Shown here: positions 16,570 to 25,005 of the stretch, in pieces | Layout: each line of letters opens with the position of its first letter | Position numbering within the stretch: position 1 is the first letter of the stretch | Source: a virus | Length of the DNA: 40,176 nucleotides | Direction: 5' to 3' (one strand) | IMG/VR virus record: IMGVR_UViG_3300028189_000548 | Span: 1 to 40,176 of that record | Notes under the pieces: generated by a model | Seen by the model: only the letters and a program-made list of their open reading frames with translations | What the model was told of the DNA's origin: nothing | The model's database searches: none | Made by a program: the position numbers and the translations under genes

Positions 16570-18425
16570 TTATCACCCACTTTTAATCCAGTTGCAACTG
16601 ATTTTAATTTACCATACATAACAGGTAAATCGTGATTAGCTGAAATAGTTATCTCTTTACCTGATTTCAATTTAACTTTATATACTGGTTGTTTTTCAAC
16701 TGGAAAAACTTTATTAACTTTTTTATATCCAAGATGAGTTAGAATTTCATCACCTTCTTTTATTTTTCCAATTTCTATTTCGCCATTTTCAGTTTCTACT
16801 TTATCAGTTAAAATATGACACCTATTCGCTTGACTTGCGGTCCAGATGGGGAAGTCGTATTCTCCTGCAAGACCTCTTAAATCTTCATAAATACTTTCTA
16901 ATACGTGTCGTTTTTCTGTTCCAACACCACGGAGAATATCTGCGTAATCTACTAATACCAAATCTATATTTGTTCCCTGTAATTCTATTTGTTTCAAATG
17001 GGATGAAAGTGTCTGGACTGTTGCACCCTTTGTTGGGAAGTATTTAATTAGTAGAGTTCCCTTTAATTCTGCAATTTTCTTCTTGACATCATCTTTATAG
17101 TATTTTATATTAGCCGTAGTCACTCCACTAAATACTGTATCAAATCGTAACCCCACGTAATTTTGATTTAATTCTAACGTATAATATACTACATTTAATC
17201 CATTCTTTACTGCTGATGCTCCTATTGCTTGTAAAGTCCAACTGTTATGTGATAAAATACCATTACCATAAAAACAATGAATGTCCTCTACTGATATATC
17301 ATATAAAATGGTTTCTGGCATTTCGTTAAACTTTAATACAGACATATATCCGGTGGTAGACACAATTTTATCACCAACCTTTAAATCTCGAACCTTTACC
17401 CAGTCACCGTCATATAATTTAAGTCTGTGATCCCAACTACAACGTAAAGATCTATTGTGAGATTTAAAATAAACTCTAACATTTTTTAGGAACTCAGTTC
17501 GTTGTAATGTTATAATATTTTTATATGCGTCCGGTGTTTTAATTAATATTTCAAATGGCAATTCATATTCTACATTTTGAACTTCTGGTATTCCTATTTT
17601 AGAAAATAAAGTTTTTAAGTTTATGGTTTCTAATACTTGTTTTTTAATAAATCCATCATTATCAAAAAATTTCCAAGCTGATGTCAATTTCTCTAAACCA
17701 TATGAATCAATTAATTTTATCTTATCCCATGGATCATACCATTCAGTATCACCATTTTCAATTAACTTTCCAAGTTTAAAAAATGCAATGTCAATTTTAG
17801 TACACCCACCAACACATTTTCCAATTCCGGCTGGGGCTACTACTACTCCTAATTCACCCGATCCTAAACCACCATCCATTATTTCATCTATGGTTTCCCA
17901 ACCAGTTTTTACGGTGTCTCTAGCAGAGTTAGCAAGTCGCTCTTCTATACCATCAATGTATTCATGTCCTAATTCTCTGTCACCACCAGCCTTCATTGCG
18001 TCATCTATGAGTTGCTTTATCTCATCATATTTACCGATTTCTAATAAATCAACACTATCCATTATTGCTGCTTTAATAACTTGATTTTTACAGAACTCTA
18101 ATGTCTGTTCTTGTATAAATGGTAAATCAGTTGATTCTATATATCTCCAACTTTCTTTTAGATTTTCTACCACGGACATCTTTAGAATGTCGTTTTCTAT
18201 ATCGTCTATTTTTACCTTTAATACTTCTAATGTAGGACCAGTTTTATACTCAAAGAAATAATCTCGTATTGTTTTTGCTAAAAACTTATTCGCATCAGAG
18301 TCGAAGTATGATGGTTCTAATATATCTGATATTGTTTGGAGGAACTTTTTATCACCAAGTAGTGATGATATTATTTTACATTGAAATGTTTTACCAAACT
18401 GTTGTAAAGTTGAGTGTTCACTCAT
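16551..18425 (-). CDS. DnaB/gp41-like helicase N-fragment with a cis mini-intein and an 89-aa split IntN (16551-16820)
   Basis: Walker A APAGIGK|S, YYTLEL, VLVDYADI (Walker B), WTASQANR followed by CHILTD (block A) and SANH (block B). Confidence 0.92.
   Translation of the reverse strand: MSEHSTLQQFGKTFQCKIISSLLGDKKFLQTISDILEPSYFDSDANKFLAKTIRDYFFEYKTGPTLEVLKVKIDDIENDILKMSVVENLKESWRYIESTDLPFIQEQTLEFCKNQVIKAAIMDSVDLLEIGKYDEIKQLIDDAMKAGGDRELGHEYIDGIEERLANSARDTVKTGWETIDEIMDGGLGSGELGVVVAPAGIGKCVGGCTKIDIAFFKLGKLIENGDTEWYDPWDKIKLIDSYGLEKLTSAWKFFDNDGFIKKQVLETINLKTLFSKIGIPEVQNVEYELPFEILIKTPDAYKNIITLQRTEFLKNVRVYFKSHNRSLRCSWDHRLKLYDGDWVKVRDLKVGDKIVSTTGYMSVLKFNEMPETILYDISVEDIHCFYGNGILSHNSWTLQAIGASAVKNGLNVVYYTLELNQNYVGLRFDTVFSGVTTANIKYYKDDVKKKIAELKGTLLIKYFPTKGATVQTLSSHLKQIELQGTNIDLVLVDYADILRGVGTEKRHVLESIYEDLRGLAGEYDFPIWTASQANRCHILTDKVETENGEIEIGKIKEGDEILTHLGYKKVNKVFPVEKQPVYKVKLKSGKEITISANHDLPVMYGKLKSVATGLKVGDKLFTKK
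17244..17816 (-). mobile_element. 191-aa cis mini-intein in the helicase P-loop (GK|S)
   Basis: Starts CVGGCTKI, block B CSWDH, ends YDISVEDIHCFYGNGILSHN, Ser+1; no LAGLIDADG motif seen. Confidence 0.88.
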
Positions 18426-18459
18426 TTATTTTTTTCTCTATAATGTATGTTTGTTTTAT

Positions 18460-18469
18460 AATATATATC
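18460..18469 (-). promoter_or_regulatory. GATATATAT box upstream of the helicase
   Basis: The same core recurs in intergenic DNA at 9067-9075, 24961-24969, 25256-25263 and 30327-30335. Confidence 0.35.
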
Positions 18470-18498
18470 CATGGAAATAATCAAAACCAATGATTTTA

Positions 18499-19257
18499 TT
18501 ACCAGAAATTCTGATGTTGATTTCTATTTTTATCAATGACACCAAACTTGAATAATTTTTCTGTCGTAGCATGGGTATTTGTTGTATTCATTGAATTCGT
18601 GATATTCTTTTCCCAAATGCAACCAAAATCATCTGGGGCATTATATTCAGAAATAAATACATCATGTCCAATGTTAGTCATTTCTCTACACCATTGCCAA
18701 AAATTATCATGATCAAAGTTTTTAGAAGTCAAATACTGTTTTGTATTTTTATATGGTGGATCACAATATATTATACTATTATCTGGAATATTCATAACAT
18801 TGTAATTACCATCTACAAATTTAATATCTCGTATTTTATCAATTTGGGATTCTACATTCCGTATTTGTTCATTAATATAATTACGTCCAGTCTTTCCAGC
18901 CGAATGTCCACTGTATCCACCATCAAAAAATCTACCATTATAAGAAGCCATCCAACCAATCCAACCAATCATAAAATCATCAAATTCTATATTAGTGTTG
19001 TTATTAAATTCAACCCGTGCCTTTGAATATAATTCTTTACTAATAGTATTTGGTCGTTTTTTATTATCACAAAGACCTTTCCACATGGAAATTAAATATT
19101 TATTTTTATCGGAAGCCAATCTTTTACCACCGGCTTTATCTATAGTATTCAATCCACCACAAAAAGGTTCAACATACCATTGATTATCGGTTCTGTTTTT
19201 TAAAATGATAGGAAGTATATACTTTGCTATCCTATTTTTACTGCCCATATATTTCAT
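18499..19257 (-). CDS. DNA adenine methyltransferase (D12/Dam-like)
   Basis: MKYMGSK, YVEPFCGG, YCDPPY, FISEY. Confidence 0.9.
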   Translation of the reverse strand: MKYMGSKNRIAKYILPIILKNRTDNQWYVEPFCGGLNTIDKAGGKRLASDKNKYLISMWKGLCDNKKRPNTISKELYSKARVEFNNNTNIEFDDFMIGWIGWMASYNGRFFDGGYSGHSAGKTGRNYINEQIRNVESQIDKIRDIKFVDGNYNVMNIPDNSIIYCDPPYKNTKQYLTSKNFDHDNFWQWCREMTNIGHDVFISEYNAPDDFGCIWEKNITNSMNTTNTHATTEKLFKFGVIDKNRNQHQNFW

Positions 19258-20820
19258 TAAAAATATTCGTGTTCTACTAAATTATGAGGATTTTTTGCAT
19301 TCTCGATTCTAGCTTCCATTATTTTAAAATACTCTTTTTCTCTTTCGATAAGTATGTAGTTCCTTTCTGAAAACACACAAGCAATTCCTGTTGTTCCACT
19401 TCCTGAAAATGGATCTAATACCACATCACCTTTACGACTACCCAATGTAACTAAATAACTCATTAAGGTTACGGGTTTTACTGTTGGATGAATATTATTT
19501 TCCAATCCACTATTCTTTTCAGATTTACTCGCCTTTGGAACAATTAAAAATGGAAATGTCCGTTGTATTTCTTCTGGTAATTTCTTAACCCTATCTTCCC
19601 ACCAAGCATCTAAACTATAATATCTACTAAAATCTTTTTCTAATATATCATCACTTATTAATAGGTTTGCTGCAAATCTACCGAGTGGTGATGCTTCTGC
19701 TGTATCATTATTCTCTGACTTAAATCCACTTGTCTTAAATACATTATCGTCTGCTCGTGGTTGTCGTTTAGTGGTTTTTGGTTTTTGATAAGTTTCACTC
19801 GGGTTTAATTGTTTCATATCACCACTAAGAAATGTCTTTCCACCTTCATTTACTTTACCGATTGTTTTTGCACCACCGAATGACTGTTGTTTTTCTACAT
19901 ATTTATCGTAATCACTTTTAGATTTTCGTGATGGTTGATTTCCCCTTGATAATCCTTCTGCGTCAGTATCAAAGTTTTTCTGACTACCTACATTATCCTT
20001 ATTGTATTGTTCTAAATCTTTACTAACAGGTTTCTTAAATCCATAATTATATGTTCCACCATATTCTTTAGCATATACCGAACCTTCTTCTATGGAACTT
20101 CTTTCTGTAAATCCTTTTCTATCACTTTCATATTGTTCTGTATCACTCATTCCTGCAAATGGTATTCTACAATTATCCAACCAAGTGATCCCTTTTTGAT
20201 TATCAAGTGCTTGGTCTAAATAACCTTTCTTCTCTAATGGTTTCATTGCCACAATCACGACTTCTACTGCTGGTTTTGGTTGATATCCTGCATAACTTCC
20301 ATCAAGTTTCTTGGCTTCGTCTGACTTTGGTTCTGTTATATAACTTTCAACTCTTGGTCTATTACTTACAGTTTCACCACTCCAACCATCTTGACCTGTG
20401 TTTTCATCTCGGCGGATATCCGCATAAGTTCCTTTCTTTTTACCAATTACTTTCCGTTCCTTACCTAATCTTTTATCAACTGCCTTACCAATATTCATAG
20501 CCTTTGGAAAACCTGTAGCGTATGTCCAATAGATAGGTGAGAAACCAATTTGAAATCCAACTTCCTCTAACATTTGAACCATTCTGTATTGAACGTCACT
20601 TCTTGGAGCACTCATTACGAATGCAAATCCACCTGGTTTCAATACTCTCAATGACTCTTCAAATATCTCTTTAGGTGGCAACGTCTTATCCCAATCTTTA
20701 CCCATAAATCCATAGCTTAATTCAACCATACGGTGGATCTGTACATAACAAATCTACCGTATGATCGGCAATCTCCTTTAATTTTTCTATACTATCTCCA
20801 AGTAATAATTTACTTTCCAT
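19257..20820 (-). CDS. N4/N6 (beta-class) DNA methyltransferase interrupted by a 10-nt insertion (20715-20724) after DPPYG
   Basis: ATG at 20820 gives MESKLLLGDSIEKL...CTDPPYG-TGA; the +1 frame continues YGFMGKDWD...RVLKPGG...HPTVKP...VLDPFSGSGTT. Removing 10 nt gives a 517-aa ORF. Confidence 0.85.
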
Positions 20821-21435
20821 AATATTCATGTCCCCCTGGAACTTTGACTTTTTCCAATTATCATTTTCCATCATTTTTTTGATGGATTTTTTACTCATTA
20901 TTCTCCAACCATCCATATTGAAAGTTTTTATCACTTCTCCCAATAATTTCATCTGGTCTATACTAAATGCATGACCACGAGTTCTATTACATAACTCACA
21001 ACACACAACACAATTTTCTTTAATATGCCCTACATTATTATCTATTCTATCAAGTCCAAGAGTTTCTCTTTCACCACTTCCACAATAATAACACATTAAA
21101 TCATTTTCCATAATCTCACACATTTCATCAAATGTAAAATCTACTTCATCTCTTTGCCTATAACTGTTATATTTCCGTTTCCATATGTGTTTATATTTTG
21201 ACCAACCAGTACCTTCTCTCATCGGTGCAGTTAATCCTAATGATTGACCTTTATTTCTACATTCAACACTACAGAACTTTTTCCCATCGGCATGAGATGG
21301 ATATACTTTACTTACTTTACCACATAATTTGCACTCTACTTCTACTCTACTATCTTTCCCTTTATTCCACCCAGATCCCTTTTTTAGATTTTCCCAACTT
21401 GAGTTATATGTCTTTCTTTTATCTTCATTTCCCAT
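20722..21435 (-). CDS. His-Me/HNH-type endonuclease fused in frame to the methyltransferase N-terminal 32 aa
   Basis: CYYCG...GLDRIDN..GH...NCVVCCELCN motif; N-terminal CxxC...CSxxC zinc finger. Confidence 0.8.
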   Translation of the reverse strand: MGNEDKRKTYNSSWENLKKGSGWNKGKDSRVEVECKLCGKVSKVYPSHADGKKFCSVECRNKGQSLGLTAPMREGTGWSKYKHIWKRKYNSYRQRDEVDFTFDEMCEIMENDLMCYYCGSGERETLGLDRIDNNVGHIKENCVVCCELCNRTRGHAFSIDQMKLLGEVIKTFNMDGWRIMSKKSIKKMMENDNWKKSKFQGDMNIMESKLLLGDSIEKLKEIADHTVDLLCTDPPYG

Positions 21436-21519
21436 TATTTATCTCCTATATTATTTATTTATTCTTTCATCAATAAATATAGGGAAATCTAAAAAATAAT
21501 CAACTTTTTTCGTATTATT

Positions 21520-21702
21520 TTACTGGTCTCCATATAACCGTCTCCGTTTATCTTCTCTTTGTTTTTGTCGTTTTTTCTTTAAGTAACGATCCTTTGCCTG
21601 TTGTAATATCTTATCTTTGTTGCGTTGGTAGTGTTCCATCTGCCACTTTTTTTGAGCATCTTTTAACTCGTCTTTTGTTTTGTATATTTTCTTTCTACCC
21701 AT
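21520..21702 (-). CDS. Small basic protein (60 aa), paralog of 8095-8250
   Basis: MGRKKIYKTKDELKDAQKKWQMEHYQRNKDKIL...; shares MGRKK-x-x-x-T-x-D-E...Y...I with the 8095 ORF. Confidence 0.65.
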   Translation of the reverse strand: MGRKKIYKTKDELKDAQKKWQMEHYQRNKDKILQQAKDRYLKKKRQKQREDKRRRLYGDQ

Positions 21703-22753
21703 TACTCAATTTTGCAAATCTGTTTAACTTAGACCAGCATTGTGTGAACCAACTTTCAAGGTTCGGGATAGTATGCTGCATCTGATCCTGAATATACATT
21801 TTCTGGAAATTCATTTTTGCGGTCTCTGTTATTTTACCATTCACTATATTATTTATTTTCAATTTTACTTGACCACTAATATCTACTTCATCTAACTGCA
21901 TCAATTTATAGTTTAATCTTAATTTATCTTCACTATTTGTAACATTGTCGTATATCTTTATACCTTTATTGTCCGATGCAGTTTTCAGTAAATCACCTAT
22001 AGATACATCTACATTTTCATCTAATAGTTGTGGAAATCTCTTTATTGCAGTTTTTAATCCTACTCCCATTACACCAGGTATATTATCCGATTTATCACCT
22101 TCTAATAATCTATATGTAAGAAAATTATTTGCACTAATCTCATATTCTTCTTTAAGATTGTCTGGTTTATAGAGTTTCTTTTTAGTTGGACTCCAAACTG
22201 ATATTTTATCATTCACGAGTTGTAAAAAGTCTTTGTCGGTGGACATAATAACATGATTACTTTCAGGAAGTAATTGTTTTGCAATATATGCCATAGCATC
22301 ATCTGCTTCTATATTATCTACTGAAATGATTGTTACTGGTAGTGTTTCTAAATACTCAGCCGTTCTACTTAATTGCATCATCATTGACTGCCTTTCATCA
22401 TCCAAGTTTTCAAAACTATCAGATCTATTTAATCTAATTTTAGTTTTTCGTTGTGCCTTGTAGTCTGGAAATAACTTTCTTCTTCTTGTTGATCCACCTT
22501 TTCCATCAAATACTATAATGGTTCTGGTCGGACTCAATAGTTTTATTGCATATCCAAGTGATTTTAGAAACCCTGAAATTCCCCCGACATGAACGCCGTT
22601 GGTATTTGTAGTCGGAATAACTGAAAAACATCTAATAAATAAATTAAGACCGTCGACTAATAATATATTCTCGTTTGGATTTTCAGTATTTCCTTCTTCA
22701 CCACCATGTTTTTTTATCTCGTCTAATATAGACAAATATCTTTTATTACTCAA
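21695..22753 (-). CDS. 5'-3' exonuclease (T4 RNase H / Pol I N-terminal family)
   Basis: LLVDGLN, VFDG, YKAQR, EADD, STDKDFLQ, GDKSDNIPGVxGVGxKTA (HhH2). Confidence 0.92.
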   Translation of the reverse strand: MSNKRYLSILDEIKKHGGEEGNTENPNENILLVDGLNLFIRCFSVIPTTNTNGVHVGGISGFLKSLGYAIKLLSPTRTIIVFDGKGGSTRRRKLFPDYKAQRKTKIRLNRSDSFENLDDERQSMMMQLSRTAEYLETLPVTIISVDNIEADDAMAYIAKQLLPESNHVIMSTDKDFLQLVNDKISVWSPTKKKLYKPDNLKEEYEISANNFLTYRLLEGDKSDNIPGVMGVGLKTAIKRFPQLLDENVDVSIGDLLKTASDNKGIKIYDNVTNSEDKLRLNYKLMQLDEVDISGQVKLKINNIVNGKITETAKMNFQKMYIQDQMQHTIPNLESWFTQCWSKLNRFAKLSNG

Positions 22754-22774
22754 TTTATATTCTCTTTATTTAAA

Positions 22775-22866
22775 ACAGGAAAAGTGGGTATATATCTATT
22801 TATACTCTAACATATACATCGTTATCATCCTATAACCAAAATAGTTACACACCCATTTTTTCACTG
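22775..22866 (-). ncRNA. Candidate structured intergenic RNA / regulatory element
   Basis: UGGGUGUGUA pairs with UAUAUACCCA (10 bp with G-U), enclosing small hairpins; contains TATAAATA at 22797-22804. Confidence 0.3.
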
Positions 22867-22916
22867 CTACCCCAAGTAGATTTTATGACTTATAGTCTCT
22901 ACTTGAACAGGTTAAA

Positions 22917-24023
22917 TTAATCTACACCATCTAACTCATTTGTGTATTCTACATCATCAATACCAAGTTCTGCTGTTTGATATTTTAAAATAGACACACC
23001 ACAAATCAGTTCGTATAAATGTTCTTCAAGTCCATCAATTTCTTCTAACTTTTGTTTAAAGTCTTTTGATAGAAATTTGATTTCATCGCCTTTGTATTCA
23101 ATAGTATACCAGGCTCCTCCAGATTTAACAAGTTTGTGATCTTTAAGAACTTGTAACCAACTGCCCTTATCATCAATTCCACTATCGAAAAATAAATTGA
23201 AGTCGGCATGTCGAAGTGGTGGACCTAATCTGTTTTTGATTATCTGTGCCCTACATTTCATACCTAATACGTTCTTATCTTTGTCTTTGATTTGACCCAT
23301 ATTCTTGAGACGAATACGAGTAGATGCGTGAAATGGTAATGCTTTACCACCACTTGTAGTCCAAGGATCACCAAACATTGCTCCGAGCTTTACTCTCAAC
23401 TGATTAGTGAACACGAGAGCAATTCTCTCTCTACCAATCATTTGTGTAATTTTTCTCATTGCCTTTGAAATGATGATAGCCTTACTTGTAGCCCAACCAT
23501 CTTTTTCAAAATCAGCTTCCATTTCTACTTTTGTGGATGCTCCAGCTAAACTATCTACGAGAATAGTAACCAATCTATCACGGTCTGATTCCCGTATTTT
23601 TACTATAATACTCTCAATACATTCAAATATATCTTCTACTGTTTCCACATGAAGATATAACAAGTCTTGAACGTTTACACCAATGGTTTCTAACCACTCT
23701 CTACTTACTGAAGTTTCTGTATCTATGTATACTGCCAATCCACCCTTTTGTTGAGTTTCGGCTAATAGATGAGATCCGATAAGTGATTTGCCTGATCCTT
23801 CTAATCCGTTAATTTCTGTAATTCTACCGACAGCAATTCCACCATGTGGTCGGTTTGAAATTGCTAAATCTAATGTAGATGATCCAGTTGAAACGAACTC
23901 TTTAATGTCCGTTGGTGTTGCGTTTGACCCATCGAGAAAGTAAGCAACTTTTTGTCCCTTGAATTTCTTGTTTAGAGTATCAGCGAGAGCGTGAGCTAAC
24001 TCGTCTTTTACTGCTACAGACAT
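22917..24023 (-). CDS. recA: RecA/UvsX recombinase
   Basis: STGSSTLDLA, Walker A GLEGSGKS, YIDTE, VDSLA, FTNQLR, TTSGGKALPFHASTRIRL. Confidence 0.95.
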   Translation of the reverse strand: MSVAVKDELAHALADTLNKKFKGQKVAYFLDGSNATPTDIKEFVSTGSSTLDLAISNRPHGGIAVGRITEINGLEGSGKSLIGSHLLAETQQKGGLAVYIDTETSVSREWLETIGVNVQDLLYLHVETVEDIFECIESIIVKIRESDRDRLVTILVDSLAGASTKVEMEADFEKDGWATSKAIIISKAMRKITQMIGRERIALVFTNQLRVKLGAMFGDPWTTSGGKALPFHASTRIRLKNMGQIKDKDKNVLGMKCRAQIIKNRLGPPLRHADFNLFFDSGIDDKGSWLQVLKDHKLVKSGGAWYTIEYKGDEIKFLSKDFKQKLEEIDGLEEHLYELICGVSILKYQTAELGIDDVEYTNELDGVD

Positions 24024-24031
24024 ATTAGTCT

Positions 24032-24117
24032 CCTAAATTTAGGCAGTGGTTGTATCCGGCTTTTAAACAATGTGTCGCACGTAGTCGGTTTTATTAGCTA
24101 CTGGCTTCAACAACCAC
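24032..24117 (-). ncRNA. Candidate cis-regulatory RNA structure in the recA leader
   Basis: 8-bp inverted repeat GTGGTTGT/ACAACCAC (24046-24053, 24110-24117) enclosing two short hairpins; the 12-bp palindrome CCTAAATTTAGG overlaps the recA SD. Confidence 0.35.
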
Positions 24118-24128
24118 CACAAGTTTAC

Positions 24129-24896
24129 TTACTTATTGAATAAATCGTCGAAATCATCACTTACATTAGAAGTATTACTTACTGCACTTTGAATTGTAGA
24201 AGATGCTGGTTGTGAAGCTTCTGTTGAAGTTTCTTCAGTCTCCCCATCTTTTGGGCTTAACCAATCTTGAAGTGCCTCTGTAAGTTCATCATAACTTAAT
24301 TCGTTATATACTTCACGAATGTCTTTTTGATCTTCAAGTAAAGTAGTTAAAACTTTCTTATCTTCTGTGATAGGTGTTTGATTTGGCTTTACTCGAATAG
24401 ATGTTTTTGGAAACGAAGCTCCAGTTTCTTCAGCTGTCTTGAATTCCACTACTACATCGCGACCATTTACGGTATCACTAATGTCACCATAATCTGGGTC
24501 TGCAATGATTGAGAGTAATTCTTGATAAACTGTTTTACCAAAACCCCAAAACTTTGAACCTTGTCCTTCTTCACCACGAACTACTACTGGAGCGAAAGTT
24601 CTTAACTTTGCTTCCAATTTTTTACCAAGTTTCCAATCTTCACGATTTCCACTTGATTTTAGTTTATCTGCGAATTCTTCAATCGGATCTGGGCGACCAA
24701 ATGAGATTGGGGACAAAAATGATTTGCCACCTAAGTCATAATGAAAGAATAGTTCGATGAATGGTGTTTCTGAATTTAGTTTATATGGAAGAATTCTGAT
24801 TTGAGTTTTTCCAGGTTGAGGTTTCCACAAGTTTGTAGTTCTTGTATTTGAGGTTTGTAGCTGGTTTAATCGTTTGCGTATTGCATCAATATCCAT
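24129..24896 (-). CDS. gp32-like single-stranded DNA-binding protein
   Basis: WKP...RILPY...PF.E..FHY, W-G-F-G-K-T-V-Y, DYGDI.D...G.D; acidic tail ending DDFDDLFNK. Confidence 0.88.
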   Translation of the reverse strand: MDIDAIRKRLNQLQTSNTRTTNLWKPQPGKTQIRILPYKLNSETPFIELFFHYDLGGKSFLSPISFGRPDPIEEFADKLKSSGNREDWKLGKKLEAKLRTFAPVVVRGEEGQGSKFWGFGKTVYQELLSIIADPDYGDISDTVNGRDVVVEFKTAEETGASFPKTSIRVKPNQTPITEDKKVLTTLLEDQKDIREVYNELSYDELTEALQDWLSPKDGETEETSTEASQPASSTIQSAVSNTSNVSDDFDDLFNK

Positions 24897-25005
24897 TTGT
24901 TTTTCTCCTATTGTTTTATTTATTATTTGTTATTTGCCAGTGGTATAACCCTTGACAATAATATATATCATGCTCTTTAATAAAAACATGATATATTTCT
25001 ATTAT

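Noticed and set aside
9939-20724. Group I/II introns at the two micro-insertions
   Set aside because: 5 and 10 nt are far too short for a self-splicing core and no intron structure lies nearby.
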